A stretch of 64,000 nt of DNA from Lama guanicoe (Eukaryota), in NCBI GenBank assembly GCA_013239625.1, contig MU053431.1, forward strand, positions 682,001-746,000, given 5' to 3'. Positions 1 to 12,100 of this stretch are shown piece by piece. Position 1 is the stretch's first letter; every line of letters starts with the position of its first letter. The notes under the pieces were generated by a model. That model searched no databases and was not told the DNA's origin. It saw only the letters and a list, made by a program, of their open reading frames with translations. Made by a program: the position numbers and the translations under genes.

Positions 1-955
1 TGGGGACACATCCTGCAAAGTTTCATCCCATGAAACACAACCTTCCAGAAAAGGCACCACTTCGTCCACGATCCTCTGGCCTCAAGCTCTGGGGTCACGT
101 TCTGCTCGTCTGGTCTCGTCGGGCCCCGAGGGGCCGCTGTTCCTCCGGCGGGCCTGGAGGGTCTGGGGTGCCCCGCGGGGCCCACAGCTGAGCCAGGCAG
201 CCTGGCGCGGGACCGGCGCTGAGCCCGGGAAGCCTGCCTCTCCCTGTGGGGCTCCGGGCGATTCTGCTGCACTTCTCCCAGTCCTCTGCCTGGAACCCCT
301 CTCGTCTGACCAGCTGGACACAGCATGAAGCTGGAACATGAGTATTTTGAATGATGAGGGCTTTATTTTGGATTTTTTTTCCCTTTCAGTTAGAAATTGA
401 TGTGTCCTTCCTGACCTGGTCCCTCTGCTTGCACATCTCTGAAAAAGTGTCTGTTAACTCGGAAGCCAGCACCGCGTTCACCCTGTTGGGACTGTCAGGA
501 ACCAGTCAGCGTGAGCCTTTTAGAAACCCTTTCTAACCAGCCTCATCTGTGGGCTCAGCCACGGGCCCGACCCCCGAGCCGGAGTGAGATCCCACTTAAA
601 GAGAGCTGGGAGTCTGGGCCACGTTTCCCAGTGCCCAGCGCCTTAGCCCGGAGGGGCCGTGAATCCCACTCCATCTGAAACATCAGTGGCTTCCCCAGGA
701 GACATGCCAGAGCCTCTTGTGCAAGGATGGGCTTTGCAACCAGGTTAATTGCGATGAAAAATTTCATACGGCCGACATATTCTACAGTAAAAGCCCAGGT
801 GTCAAAAATGCAACAGTCGCAAGATGCAGTATGAAACAATGAAGAAACTCATTCTCGAAAAATATTTTGAGAACATGGGGAATGCTCATGCTCTATGAAT
901 GTAAGAGAAAAAGCAAGAGAGAAACGTGAATGAAGAGCTGTCTCGCTTTTGAGCC

Positions 956-980
956 CACACGCGCGCGCACACACACACGC
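956..980. repeat. Alternating purine-pyrimidine (CA/CG)n tract
   Basis: CACACGCGCGCGCACACACACACGC. Confidence 0.9.
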
Positions 981-3589
981 TCACAGGGAACCCAGGCACC
1001 GGAGGGAGGTACTGAAAGGAGGCACGCAGGAATGCTGGGGCGACTGGAGACTTCACTGTTTTTCTAAATAATTTCCTACACTTCCCAAATGGACAGAAAG
1101 ACATGGGTTTCTTTTTTAATTAGAAAAATACCATATTTGCATAAGTAAATTAGAGAAAAGATTGCAAATTCAGTACCCAAGGCAGTGCAATCCGGAGGTG
1201 AGGAGCACGCCATAGCAGCTGTGAGGCGCTCAGACCGGATGCTCTCTGTGGTCCGAGGGCACCAAATCCCATCTTGGAAACCCAAGAATGAAATTTCAAG
1301 TGCAGATATACCCTTAGTTCCCTGGTCACTCCCAGATGCATTTCTTTCTCTGTCTCCCACTGCCTGTGGTTTCCAGCCCCTGGTGCCCTCCCCTTGAGCC
1401 TGGGGACAGGGCCGTCCCTCCCAGGAAGGTTCCCGGGGGTCCCCTCTGCTACCTCCTGGAGGAGGAACCTGGTGGCGGGGTCTGCCCACCACCCAGGTGA
1501 CCCATAGCCTGTCCTCTGCCCAGGGGGCCTCCCCAAGGAGGGTCTTCACCCAGTGGGTGAGAGAAGGGAGCAGAGCGGGTGGAGACACGCTGAGCTTCTG
1601 GCAGCGCACAGACGCTGTTTCTGCCGTGGTCCTCCCGCACGCGGCGTTTCCTCGTTGTGCCCAACTGATGCAATAAAGGAAAAACAAGAAGGGAGTGAAT
1701 CTGGAGAAACATTTCAGAACATGTTATGAGCGCCACAATTTGAAATGTTCCTATGACTTCGACTTAAGGGACACATTTATGGGTTTTTTTCCTTCTCGGT
1801 TCAGGTAACTTCTTAATAAAGCCACCACCTCGCACAAAATTGGGTTCTCCTTGGACTAATATCTTTGGAAATTAAGTTGATTTATAACCAATTTTCTCCT
1901 CATTTACACAGCGACCCTCAAGGGTTCCTCCGGGGAGCCCGCAGGATCCGAGCAGCGACGGGCTGCCGGGAAAGCTCGGGGAGGCGGGAGGTTTGGGGTC
2001 GTGTGCACAGGGAGGCGGGCGCTCAAGGGAGAGAAACAGCGCATCTCCCTGTTCTACTCCCCTGCCTTAGCTTCGGAGTGATGCGTGAATTCTCCTGGGG
2101 ACGAGGACACACTAACTGGATAATCATAGAACCACCTCATCATAGTTACAAGTTTCAAACACAGCCTCACTGTGTTTACCTCCACCCTGTTCTCAGCCCA
2201 CACCAACCTGGCTGCAGGTGGGTCAGCATCTTCAGAACACTGGGCAGGTGCCCCGACACCAGGGGAGCCGGAGTCAGTCCCACCTGAAGCTTTGGAATGG
2301 CGCAAATGGGTTCCTTCCCTGTGGCCCAAGTGGAAAAGCCAGAAATACTTAGAATGACCCAGAAGATGTACCCACAGGTGCAAAAATATCAAAGACTTGG
2401 TCAGGTCTCACCCATCCCTCCTGCTGCGGAAACACACGTGCTTTGTTATTTCACGGTTATTCCCAGCAAAGCTCATCCTGTGCGTGTGCACTTGTGTCTT
2501 TGTGGCAGGGACAGAAAACGGGTGAGGGGGCTGTTCCGACAACAGGATAATAACCAGCTACGAGCGTGAGCGTCGCTGTGCGCCCGGTGCTGGCCGAGCG
2601 CATCACAGTCCTAGCCCGTCCGGCTCAGGCTGCGGCCACGCTGAGCCACGCCGTCTGCGCTGCCCGCGGGCAGGGAGCCGAGCTGCCTTCTACAGCCCCG
2701 GGGCAATCACACCCCTGCGAGGGCGGCGCAGAGCAGCAGCCCCAGGCTGACTGCATCCCTGGATGCTCTGCAAGAGAAGCCAGGGCGAGGAGGGGTCCAG
2801 GAGCGTCTGAAAGGGCAGAAAACCTAAGGGTGTTGTCACTGACTACTGGAAGCAGTGGAGGCTTGGAGGACAGAGAGGCCAGGGCGGCCCAGAGCCACCT
2901 CGCCTCCTCTCCTGGGTGGTCAGGGAACAAGCACCCTCCCACACCCAGGGGAGAGAAAGCCGCCAGTTCACAGGCCCTCGGTGCCCAGGGCTGCGCGCTC
3001 TGTGGGACGTGTGATTGCGGATGGAGAGGCTTCCAGGTGACCGGGTGCACTCGGACGCCATCTGCCCAGAGCCTCGCACCTGCCAGGCAGGGGCCATTCT
3101 GGCTCCCACATCACCTCCTACTGTCTTTACGAGTCCAGGGCCTCTCGGAGCCTTGACGTGGACCCTGAGGACAGACAGAAAGAAGCGGTCCCTGCCCTCC
3201 CACCTCACAGACCTGCTGGTGAGGTCTGAGGCACTGAGCACGTAGGGGAGGGCGGAGGATGCAGGAAAGCAGGGGGAGGGCCCTAAAAGCAAGTTCAGTC
3301 TCAGAGTAAGTAACTTCCATGAGGACTTTGCTGTTCAAGGCCCTGTCACAGACCCAGGCTACCGGAAATCAGAACACACGCTCCAGGGTGAAGGGCCCTA
3401 GCCTCCTGAGAAAGACATTCCTTTCACCCCCTGCTTGAATGCCTCTGTGGACGTGGATCTCACTACCTAACAGGGCAGGCTGTCTGATCTGCAGCAAGCT
3501 CCTCTCTGTGCTGAGTTTACATCTGTAAACTGTATGACCTGTGGGAGGAAGAGGCATGGAGGGGCTGGGACTTTGATTCCAACATCAGC

Positions 3590-3690
3590 CTGCGGGGTCA
3601 AACCTGCTGGCCACTTATTAGCTAGACTTTGGAAAAGGTACTTGGTCTCCCTCAGCGTTCATCCCCTCGCTGTAAAGTGGAGAAGCTGAC
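3590..3690 (+). mobile_element. MIR fragment
   Basis: GGGTCAAACCTG..GCCACTTATTAGCT..ACTTTGGAAAAGGTACTT..CCTCAG..CTGTAAAGTGGAG. Confidence 0.6.
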
Positions 3691-4304
3691 ACTGTAAATG
3701 CCACAGCACTTTAGATACTTTATATAGGATGGGACAAAAGCAAGGCCTTGGCTCACAGCAGGTGAGTTTCAGGTCTGGTTTGATCCAGGACACAATGATG
3801 CAATACCCTCACCCCCTGGGCAGGTCACCATCTCCTGCATCATGGGCAGGCCCACCAGCTCACCCTGCATGACAACCCTGGACAATTCCAAAAGGCTCAG
3901 TTCTCTCCAAGTGCCTGGAACGGTTTTCCTTCTATGCAGGGCCATGTCCACCCTGCGAGCTCAGGTGCTAACCACAGTAATTCAGTCTGGAGCAGCCTGG
4001 CACTTGCTACCTGGGGTGATAATGCGTATAAACCTTAAAGAACACCCTTAGTAAAAATGTCTAGGACGCAGGGCTCAGCCAGGACACCTGCAGGAAAGCA
4101 CTTCCCCAAAACAGCACGTCTGGCGGCCCTGGGCCACAGGAGGGGAACGCAGGGTGGGGAGGGGTGGGTGGGAGCCTGGCTTCCTGGAGCCAGGGGCACA
4201 CTGGCGCAGGGAGATGTCTTACCGCATTCTTTTTATTTCATTTTGATCTGGATGCAAACAAACTACTGACCCGACATGGCCAAGAGCCCGGCTCCAGCAG
4301 AATG

Positions 4305-4545
4305 CTGTCACTCAGCCAACAAATATTTACTGAGCGGTTGCCACGTGCTCCACAGATGTGCCCCCGGGTGGGGGTGCGGAGGGCGCCCTGCAGCAGACAG
4401 ACCAAGCCTCTGCTCCCACGGAGTTCCACGCCTCTTGGAAGGGCACAGCCCAGCCCCAAACACTTAGCCTGTCACGTGGCGATGTGTGCAACTAGGAGCA
4501 ACGAAGCCGGTGGGGATGAGGAGGGATGCTGTCGGCCAGGAGCAC
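4305..4545 (-). mobile_element. L2 3' fragment
   Basis: CACTCAGCCAACAAATATTTACTGAGC...CAGACAGACCAAGCCTCTGCTCCCACGGAGTTC. Confidence 0.7.
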
Positions 4546-4667
4546 CCCTCCTGCGGCGCTGCCTCCTCGCCCTCAGTCCTAACTCAGCGCCATGTGTTTC
4601 TGGAGGGAGGAGCAGAGGCCGCCCGGAGAGAAGCGTGTGGCGTGTGCACTGAACTCTGCACGCGGAC

Positions 4668-5039
4668 TGTACCTGCTTCTTGCGCTGCTGAAACCCATCA
4701 CCACGAAGGCGCTGCCTTGGAGCAACACAGACTGTTCGCCCCCAGTTCTGGAGGTCAGAGGTCCAAAATCAAGGTGTGGGCAGGGCTGCACCTGTTGGAG
4801 GCTTTTGGGGAGAATCCCTTTCTGTGTCTTTTCTGGTTTCTAGGGGTGCCCTCCTGCCTCCCTCTTACAGAGATCCTATGATGGCACCAAGCCCACCAGA
4901 GAATCCAGCGTCAGCTCCCACCTCCAGGTCCCTATTGTGATCACATCTGCAAAGACCCTTTTCCAGGTCAGATGACACAGTCACAAGCTCCAGGATTTCG
5001 GACGTGGGCGTCTTCGGGGACCGTTACTCAGCTGTCCAC
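4668..5039 (-). mobile_element. MLT1 (ERVL-MaLR) solo LTR
   Basis: CAGTTCTGGAGGTCAGAGGTCCAAAATCAAGGTGTGGGCAGGGCTG and ATCACATCTGCAAAGACCCTTTTCC are diagnostic MLT1 antisense blocks. Confidence 0.85.
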
Positions 5040-6184
5040 GCTGACCAGAGAGCATCCTCTGGTTCTCTCTGTGGTGAACTGAGACTCCAGGTCTGGAGAC
5101 ATCAGGATGTGTCCACGTGGCTGCTCCTTCCTCGACAGGAAAAAACACACTCTACTCAAGGGATGTACCGTTTTCCTTGCTAAAAAGGGTTTTGGGTTTT
5201 TTTAAAGAACGCACTGATGTAGGATTTCTTTGTTTCAACAACAAGGAAAATGAAAATCTTGGAATGGTTGCCCTTGCTTTTATTTTGTCATAGTTGCAGA
5301 ATCCGTTTGGGTGTAGAATGTTCTAGAGTCTTCTCTCCAGCAGGTTTTCTGGGAGTAAGATGCTTGGGGCCACCTGGTGGGCCGGGAGAGGACGCACGAG
5401 TTTACTCTGGGCGTCCTGCCGGCACGCGGCTTGACCTGGGAGCCTGGCCTTCCAGCGTGCCCCCGACGGGAGTGATCACCAGGAAAGCCGCTTTGTTTAC
5501 GCCGTCTCCATGGGAACGGCCCGCATGATAGAGGCTTTGAGTCTTGGGAACGCGAAACATTTTCACAAACCATCATTAACCCGCTCACAGTTTGATGGGC
5601 TGCTGCTGTGGCTGCGGTTGAAGGGACAGGAGACGGGAGGCAGGGAGACCGTGCAGGGACGATTTCCTCGGACAGAGACGGGACCCTCGGTTGCTGGCCG
5701 GGAAGGAGAAGGGCAGTAAGCGTGGCCCCCAGGGCACGTCACTCCAGCCCTGGTGTCCCCAGTGAAAGCTTTGGAAAGGAAGACGCGTGGAGGCCACAGG
5801 GCCCGGAGTGGCACCCCCTCCGTCCAGTGCCCTTGTCGGAGTGGCTGTCCTTCCCTCTCCAGGGGTGCAGGGCTGAGCTTGGCCACGACTCGGGGTCACA
5901 GACGCTGCGGTGGTGCCGGAGGGGACAGTGCTCGTGTCCAGGCTGACCCTCCTGGGCCCCGGGGACAGAGACAGTTGGCAGGACCGTGGTGACACTGAGC
6001 TCCCTGCCTCTTGCTTGTCATCCAGGAGACTCGGGCTGAGAAGCACGTGACCCAAGGTGACCTGTCCTCGTCCCCCATCCCTCTTCTTCTTCTGGCCTCT
6101 GGCCCAGACCCTCCTCTGTGGGTCACATGTAAGGGATTCAGTCATCGTGTGTGCGGTGCTGACAGGGGCACGTGGGGACCCCCA

Positions 6185-6661
6185 GAAACTCTTGGTCGAG
6201 AACAGAGCTCCACCCCAACCACCAGGTATATTTTTTAAACAGAGAAGTTGCCCCCAGTTCCTTATCACAGCCCCCTTGTTTCTGCACCCAGTCCTGGGAG
6301 ACATTCTTGTGCTGGAAGAAGGAAGCCCCAGAAAGAAAGGGCTCTTGGCGAGGGGTCTTCGCTCAGTGTGCACTGTGGTCCCTGTCACCCTCCCCTCGCC
6401 TCCCAGATTGGACCTGGGCTCCAGCCCTGCCCCTCGTGACCTCACACCTGGCCACAGCTGGAGGGCACAGTGTGGACACATGACCCGAGTGGGGACCACT
6501 GGATTCTGTGTCCCGGGATTTGGACCTGGGTCTGAGCGGTTCTTGGGTTGGAGTCTCTCCAGTGGGGGATGCAGGAGCGACTGCATGCACGTAGGGCCGT
6601 TGGCACGGGAAGCAGAGAGCGGGCAGGGAGCCAGCGGAGGCTTGCAGGAGCTTGCGGAAGC
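6185..6661 (+). repeat. Left arm of local inverted duplication
   Basis: Aligns in reverse complement to 7849-8404. Exact blocks are 6353-6382 = rc 8122-8151 (30 bp) and 6420-6453 = rc 8051-8084 (34 bp). Confidence 0.95.
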
Positions 6662-6867
6662 GTGCAAAATAGCCTAAGCTGAGCTGGGGGTCCCACGTGG
6701 CTCGCAGCCTGAACCTTGCCAGGGCCCTCGGACGGCTTCCCCGAGAGGGAGAGGAGCGAATCCCGCCAGGAACCTGGATCCGGGGCCAGAACCAGCCACA
6801 GGGTCCTGGCTGGGAAGGCAGCCAGAAGGAAGAAGGCCGTGCTGGACGAAATTACAGCGAGGACACG

Positions 6868-7217
6868 TAAGGACCAAAACGTCTGCAGGGCTGTCCCTCC
6901 GAGGGCCGGGAGGGACCAGCTGCCCCAGGCCTCTTCCCGTCCTGTGGGCTTGCTGGCAACCCTTGCTGCTCCCGACGCGTCGATGCCTCTTTCCTGGGTC
7001 GCCCGCCACCCTCACCTGGCCCTCTCCCTGCGTGCCTGCCTGTGCCCAGGTCCCCGCTTTTGATAAGGACATACTGCTTGAGGGCCACCCTACTGGCCTC
7101 ATGGTAACCTGGTTTTCTCTGTAAAGACCCTCTCTCCAAACAGAGCACGTTCTGTGGTCCTGGAGGGTTAGGACTCCAGCACATGAACAGGGTTGGGGGG
7201 CGATTCGGCTTACAACA
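6868..7217 (-). mobile_element. MLT1 LTR, partial
   Basis: TTTTGATAAGGACA...GGGCCACCCTA...CTCTGTAAAGACCCTCTCTCCAAACAG...GGGTTAGGACTCCAGCACATGAA...CAACA. Confidence 0.8.
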
Positions 7218-7219
7218 GA

Positions 7220-7320
7220 CATCACCTCATTTCACCCTCAAGACCAGACAGTGTTGCTGTCTTCAATTTACAGATGTGGAAAGTGAGGCTTTAAAAGATC
7301 AAATGACAAGCCCGATGCTG
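7220..7320 (-). mobile_element. MIR fragment
   Basis: CAATTTACAGATGTGGAAAGTGAGGCT is the MIR core. Confidence 0.6.
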
Positions 7321-7848
7321 CGAGCCTTGTGCCCAATGACGCCAGAACGCAGGCCCCAGCAAGCCCCGCCTGCATACGCACTCACCCGCCTCCCCCTCGG
7401 CGTCAGAGAGCGCTCAGCTGTCATCAGCCCGCATTTCTGAAGACGAGCAGGCAACCCCGTCTTTGCTGGGGAGGCGGGCGTGTCACCTAACCTGGGGCTC
7501 CCTCGGGTGGGGAGGCCGAGGCAGGCGTGCCGGGGAGGGAGAAACGGAAAGGGACTAACCTGGATTTCGGAGCGCCCTGAAGGGCTGTAGCCCTGAGGCT
7601 GCAAGTCCAGGATTTAAGGCTCAGGGTGGTTGAAAACAGAGACTGCGAATATCCAAGTCCCCAGGGAGCACACTGGAGTTGGAAGTGTGTTTCTCCATGT
7701 GATCTTTTGTTTGCAAGAAATAGAAACCATCTTGAGCTAGCATAAGCCGGGAGGGAGGGAACCCATGACAAGGACCCCCGCATCTCAGGTAGACCAGGTG
7801 AGGGATGCGGGCTGAGGCAGGAACGGGCACCGCCACCCGCTCTTCTGG

Positions 7849-8404
7849 GCTTCCACAAACCTCCGTTGGCTCCCCGCCCCCTCTCTGCTTCCCACGCCAA
7901 TGGCCGTGCATACAGTCACCCCTGGACCCCCGTGCTCTGTCTGTTTGCATTGGAGAGACTCCCACTCAAAAATCTCTCAGACCCAGTCCAAATTCCCAGG
8001 ACACAGAATCCACTCAGGTCATGTGTCCACACTGTGGTCCATCCAACTACGGCCAGGTGTGAGGTCACGAGGGGCAGGGCTGGAACCCAGCCCCAACCTG
8101 GGAGATGAGGGGAGGGTGTGGGGGACCACAGTGCACACTGAGCGAAGACCCTCCCCCCCACAAAGAGCCCTTCCTCTCTGGGGCTTCTTTCTTTCAGCAT
8201 AAGAATGCCTGGGCTCAGTTCTCATTCTCCCAGGAGTGGGTGTAGGAACAAGGGGAACTTGATAAGTAACTGGAGACACTTTCTTTGTTTAAAAAAGTAC
8301 CCTGGTGGTTGGGGTCTGTCCTGGGGGTTGGGGGCTGATGTGCTCATGGTTGGGGGCTCTCCTGGAGGTTAGGGGAGCTCTCTTCTCTACCAACCAAGCA
8401 TTTC
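7849..8404 (-). repeat. Right arm of local inverted duplication
   Basis: Mirror of the left arm. Overlapping ORFs on opposite strands share peptides (e.g. PGVRSRGAGLEP, TTVHTERRP). Confidence 0.95.
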
Positions 8405-9153
8405 AAACGCTGCGGCAGGTGAGCAGCATTGCCATGGTCCTCTGTAAACGGGGCTGCCTGCTTCTGCACCGGTTTCTTAGCAACAAAACACCTGACTAAT
8501 ATTCCATTTTTTCCAGGGCTTTAAGAGCTGCAAGATATTAATTCCAAACAAGACATCTAAATTGTTACTCTGGAAACTTGAGTATGTACTCCTTCATAGA
8601 TGAGGTGATAAAATGCCACATTAAAAATAGCCCTGATTGTTTCACCCCGGCCTTCCCAGAAGTGAGATCAGAAGTCTCTGCTCTCAGGTCTGTTTTGCTG
8701 GTTGCTGGTGGTTGTGGCCCGCACCCACCCCCAAACCCCTTCAGTGGCCACTGCAGGAAGGGGGAGCCGGGGCTCGGGGCCCACAGCTCAGGTTGTGGAC
8801 TCTCGCGGTCCTGCCTGACCTCCGGATGACCGCGGGCTGTCTCAGTGCCCTCGAGGGGTGTGCAACTCTCTCAGGCTCAGTTTGCCCCCGGGAAGCTGGG
8901 AACACTAGGGGGCTCGCAGGGCGGAACTCGGGGCGGCTGCCGGTGTTCCACGAGCACAGAGAGCAGAGAGAGCTGTGCGGGGAGGAGGCGGTGGGGGGCA
9001 GGGCCTGGGCAGGGTGGTCACTTACAGGGAACAGGAACGGACAAAGGGGCCACGGCCCTGCTGGGACACCGGGATCTGTCCCAGTGGTGCTCAGAGTCAA
9101 AGGCACAACTTTATTTGCACTTATTGGGGAAAAATATTTAACAACAAAGAACT

Positions 9154-12100
9154 GGCCAGTTTCCAATGCTACACGTTAAGGAGCTCGCAAGTCACTACAC
9201 TGTGCTAGCCAACAGAAAGCTGGACAGACTGAAAACTCAACAATTCTTCTCGGCTCCTAGAAAAGGGGGACGCAGAGGAAGCTGCTGCTGCAAGATTGGA
9301 GAGACAGCCGAGCGCGGGGGCCACAGCATCCCAGAGCGGGGACCCACGCAGGAGCCGGCGCCCGGGCCGGAGAAGCTGAGCGTAGCTGATGAACTGTGGG
9401 AGGCTCAGCTCTGGAAACCCCAGAGTCCCAGTCATAGGGGCCCCACAGTTTCGTGAGACTTCCCTCCAGCAGCTCGACAAGGTCCCCACAGTAATTATTG
9501 GAGAAAAGTCCCCCCCAGGCTCCCAGCACAGGGAGGGAAAGGAACCATTTCCAACCACTCGAGGGAACGCTGTTCTTCCCAACAAGGTCTGCCCTCAGGG
9601 GGCGCCAGGCAACCAGGGCCTGGCCCGCGGGACTGTGAGAGCCCAGCTGACCCGGGGCAGGGAAACGCCAGCTCCAGTCTGCTCCCCTCATCCCGCCCCT
9701 TTCTCTCCGTAAAGGGGGGAAAAGCCAGAAACCCAGGTGAAGTTCACCGCCCAGAGGCACAGACTCCCTAAGAGACGGAGACTTGACCGCAGCGTCCAGC
9801 CCCTCCCCTCCCCCACCTCTCTCCGCCACGGCGCCGAGGGTCTGTTGACTGCGGCTCTTTTCTCCCAGAGCGCCGCGTATGACGAGGAAGGAAAACCACT
9901 AGGCACACCGAGCGATCAGAACAAGCACCTCAGACGACGGTGAAAATACAGTAAGTGCTCTAATGGATAAAATAGGCAGCTGGCAAGAGCAGATGGGCCA
10001 CGCAGGCCGAGAGATGGGAATCCTGAGAAAGAACCAAACAGAGATCGTTGAGATAAAACACACTGCGAGACCAATGAAGACTGCCTCCCGCAGGCTTGTT
10101 AGTTAAGTGGAGCACGGCTGAGGACAGAGTGTCTGAGATCAAGGATTTCTCCATAGAGGCCTCCAAATCCAGAAAGCAAAGAGAAGAAAGATGGGGGAAA
10201 AAAGCAAAAAACAAAAGAACAAAATACCCACGGACTGTGGGACAACTACCGAAGGTGTAACACATGCTTAACAGGAGTACCAGGAGCAGAAGGAAGGAAG
10301 GAAGGAACAGGAGAAATGTTTGAAACAGTAACAACAGAGAATTTCCTCAGATTAACGGCAGGCACCGAATCACAGACCCAGGAAGCTCAGAGAACACCGA
10401 GACGGATAAATATTGGAAAATACTAGAAGTGGCTTATTGTCGTCAAACTACATAAAATCACAGATTAAGAAAAAATCCTGAAGGAGCCAGAGGATGAAGC
10501 ACCTTATTGTAGAGGATCAAAGACAAGAATTACATCTGACTTCCCCACAGAAACAATTCAATCAGGGAGAGAGTGGAGTGAAATATTTCAAGTGTTGAGA
10601 GAAAAAAAAAATCCCCACTGGACTAGAATTCTGTAACCTGTGAAATTATTCTTCAAAAGTGAAGGGGAAAGAAAGACTTTCTCCGTCAAACAAAAATTGA
10701 GGGCATCTGTTGCCAGTAGACCTGCCTTGTAAGAAATAAGAAAGAAGTTCTTCAGAGAAAAGGAAAATAATTTAGGCCAGAAACACACATCTACGTAAAG
10801 AAAGAAAGAGCACTGAAGAAAGGATAAGTGAGGTAAAAGAAAAATGTACTTTCCCCATTCTTCACTGATCTAAGAGGTAGCAGGTTGTTCGAAATAATAA
10901 CAGCAACATGTTCGATTATGTCTGCTTATGCATGTAATATATATGTGCTTATGTGTGTTCAGATGTAAGTGAGATGAATGAAAGCATGGTACCAGCAATG
11001 AGAGGAAGAAGTGCTGGTTATTTTGCTGTTATAAGGAACTCACATTATTAGTGAAAATGTATAGTGCAATTTTTGAAAGTGCACTTGGATTAGTTGTAAA
11101 TGTATATTGTAAACGCTAGGGCAAGCACAAAAAAGTTTTTTTGTAAAACTTTTTTTTTTAGTGTATAACTAATTTGCTAAGAAATGAGAGAAAATGATAT
11201 AATAGTAGATGCTCAGTTAAGACCACAATAGACAGATAAAGGACAGAAGCAGAGGCAGAAGCAAATAACCAGGGCAACGGATAGAAAGCGGTGATGATTA
11301 TGGTAGCTGTGAATCCAACCGTGTCAGTAATGACTTGCAATGTCAAAGGCCTAAATGCACCAATTAAGACAGAGGCTGTCAGAGAGCATCAGTAAACAAG
11401 ATCCAGCTCCATGCTGTTTACAAGAAACCCATTTTAAATATAAAGACACAGACATATTAGAAGTAAATGGATGGGGGAAATATACCACGGCAACACTAAT
11501 CAAAAGAAAGCAGGAGAAATTACCTAACTGCAGACAGAGCAGACCTAAAAACAGGGGAAGTCATCGGGATAAAGATGGGCTTTACACATGATAACACAGT
11601 GATTTTCCTGAGAAGACATAACAACTTTTAACAAGTGTGAGCCTAACAACAGAGCATCAAACTGCATGAGGCAATAAATGGACAGAACGGCAAGGAGAAA
11701 CGGATAAACCCACGGTTATCACTGGCAACTTCAACATCCTGTATCAGAAACACCGACCCAGCAGGCAGGCAGGAAGTCAGTACGTACGGCGTTGAATTCA
11801 ACAACACCATCAATCAACTGGATGTAATTGGCGTCTATAGACACATCCATCCAACAGGAGCAGAACACACATTTTTTTCAAGCTCACGCGAACACGCACC
11901 AAGGAAGGCCACGTTCTGGGCGGAAAAACCCGCCGTAGCAAGTCTAAAAGAACAGAAGTTGCACAGTGTCGCCTGCAGACCACTGCACAATTAAACCCAA
12001 AATCCGTAATAGAGAGATGTCCCGAAAAACCCCAGAACACTTGGAAGTTAAAAACACACTTCAGAATAGCACATGGGTCAACAGAGAAAACTTAAGAGAA

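Noticed and set aside
5585-6667. 360-aa ORF and similar peptides in ORFs at 7900-8279
   Set aside because: Composition is typical of GC-rich non-coding frames, and the shared peptides merely reflect the inverted duplication.
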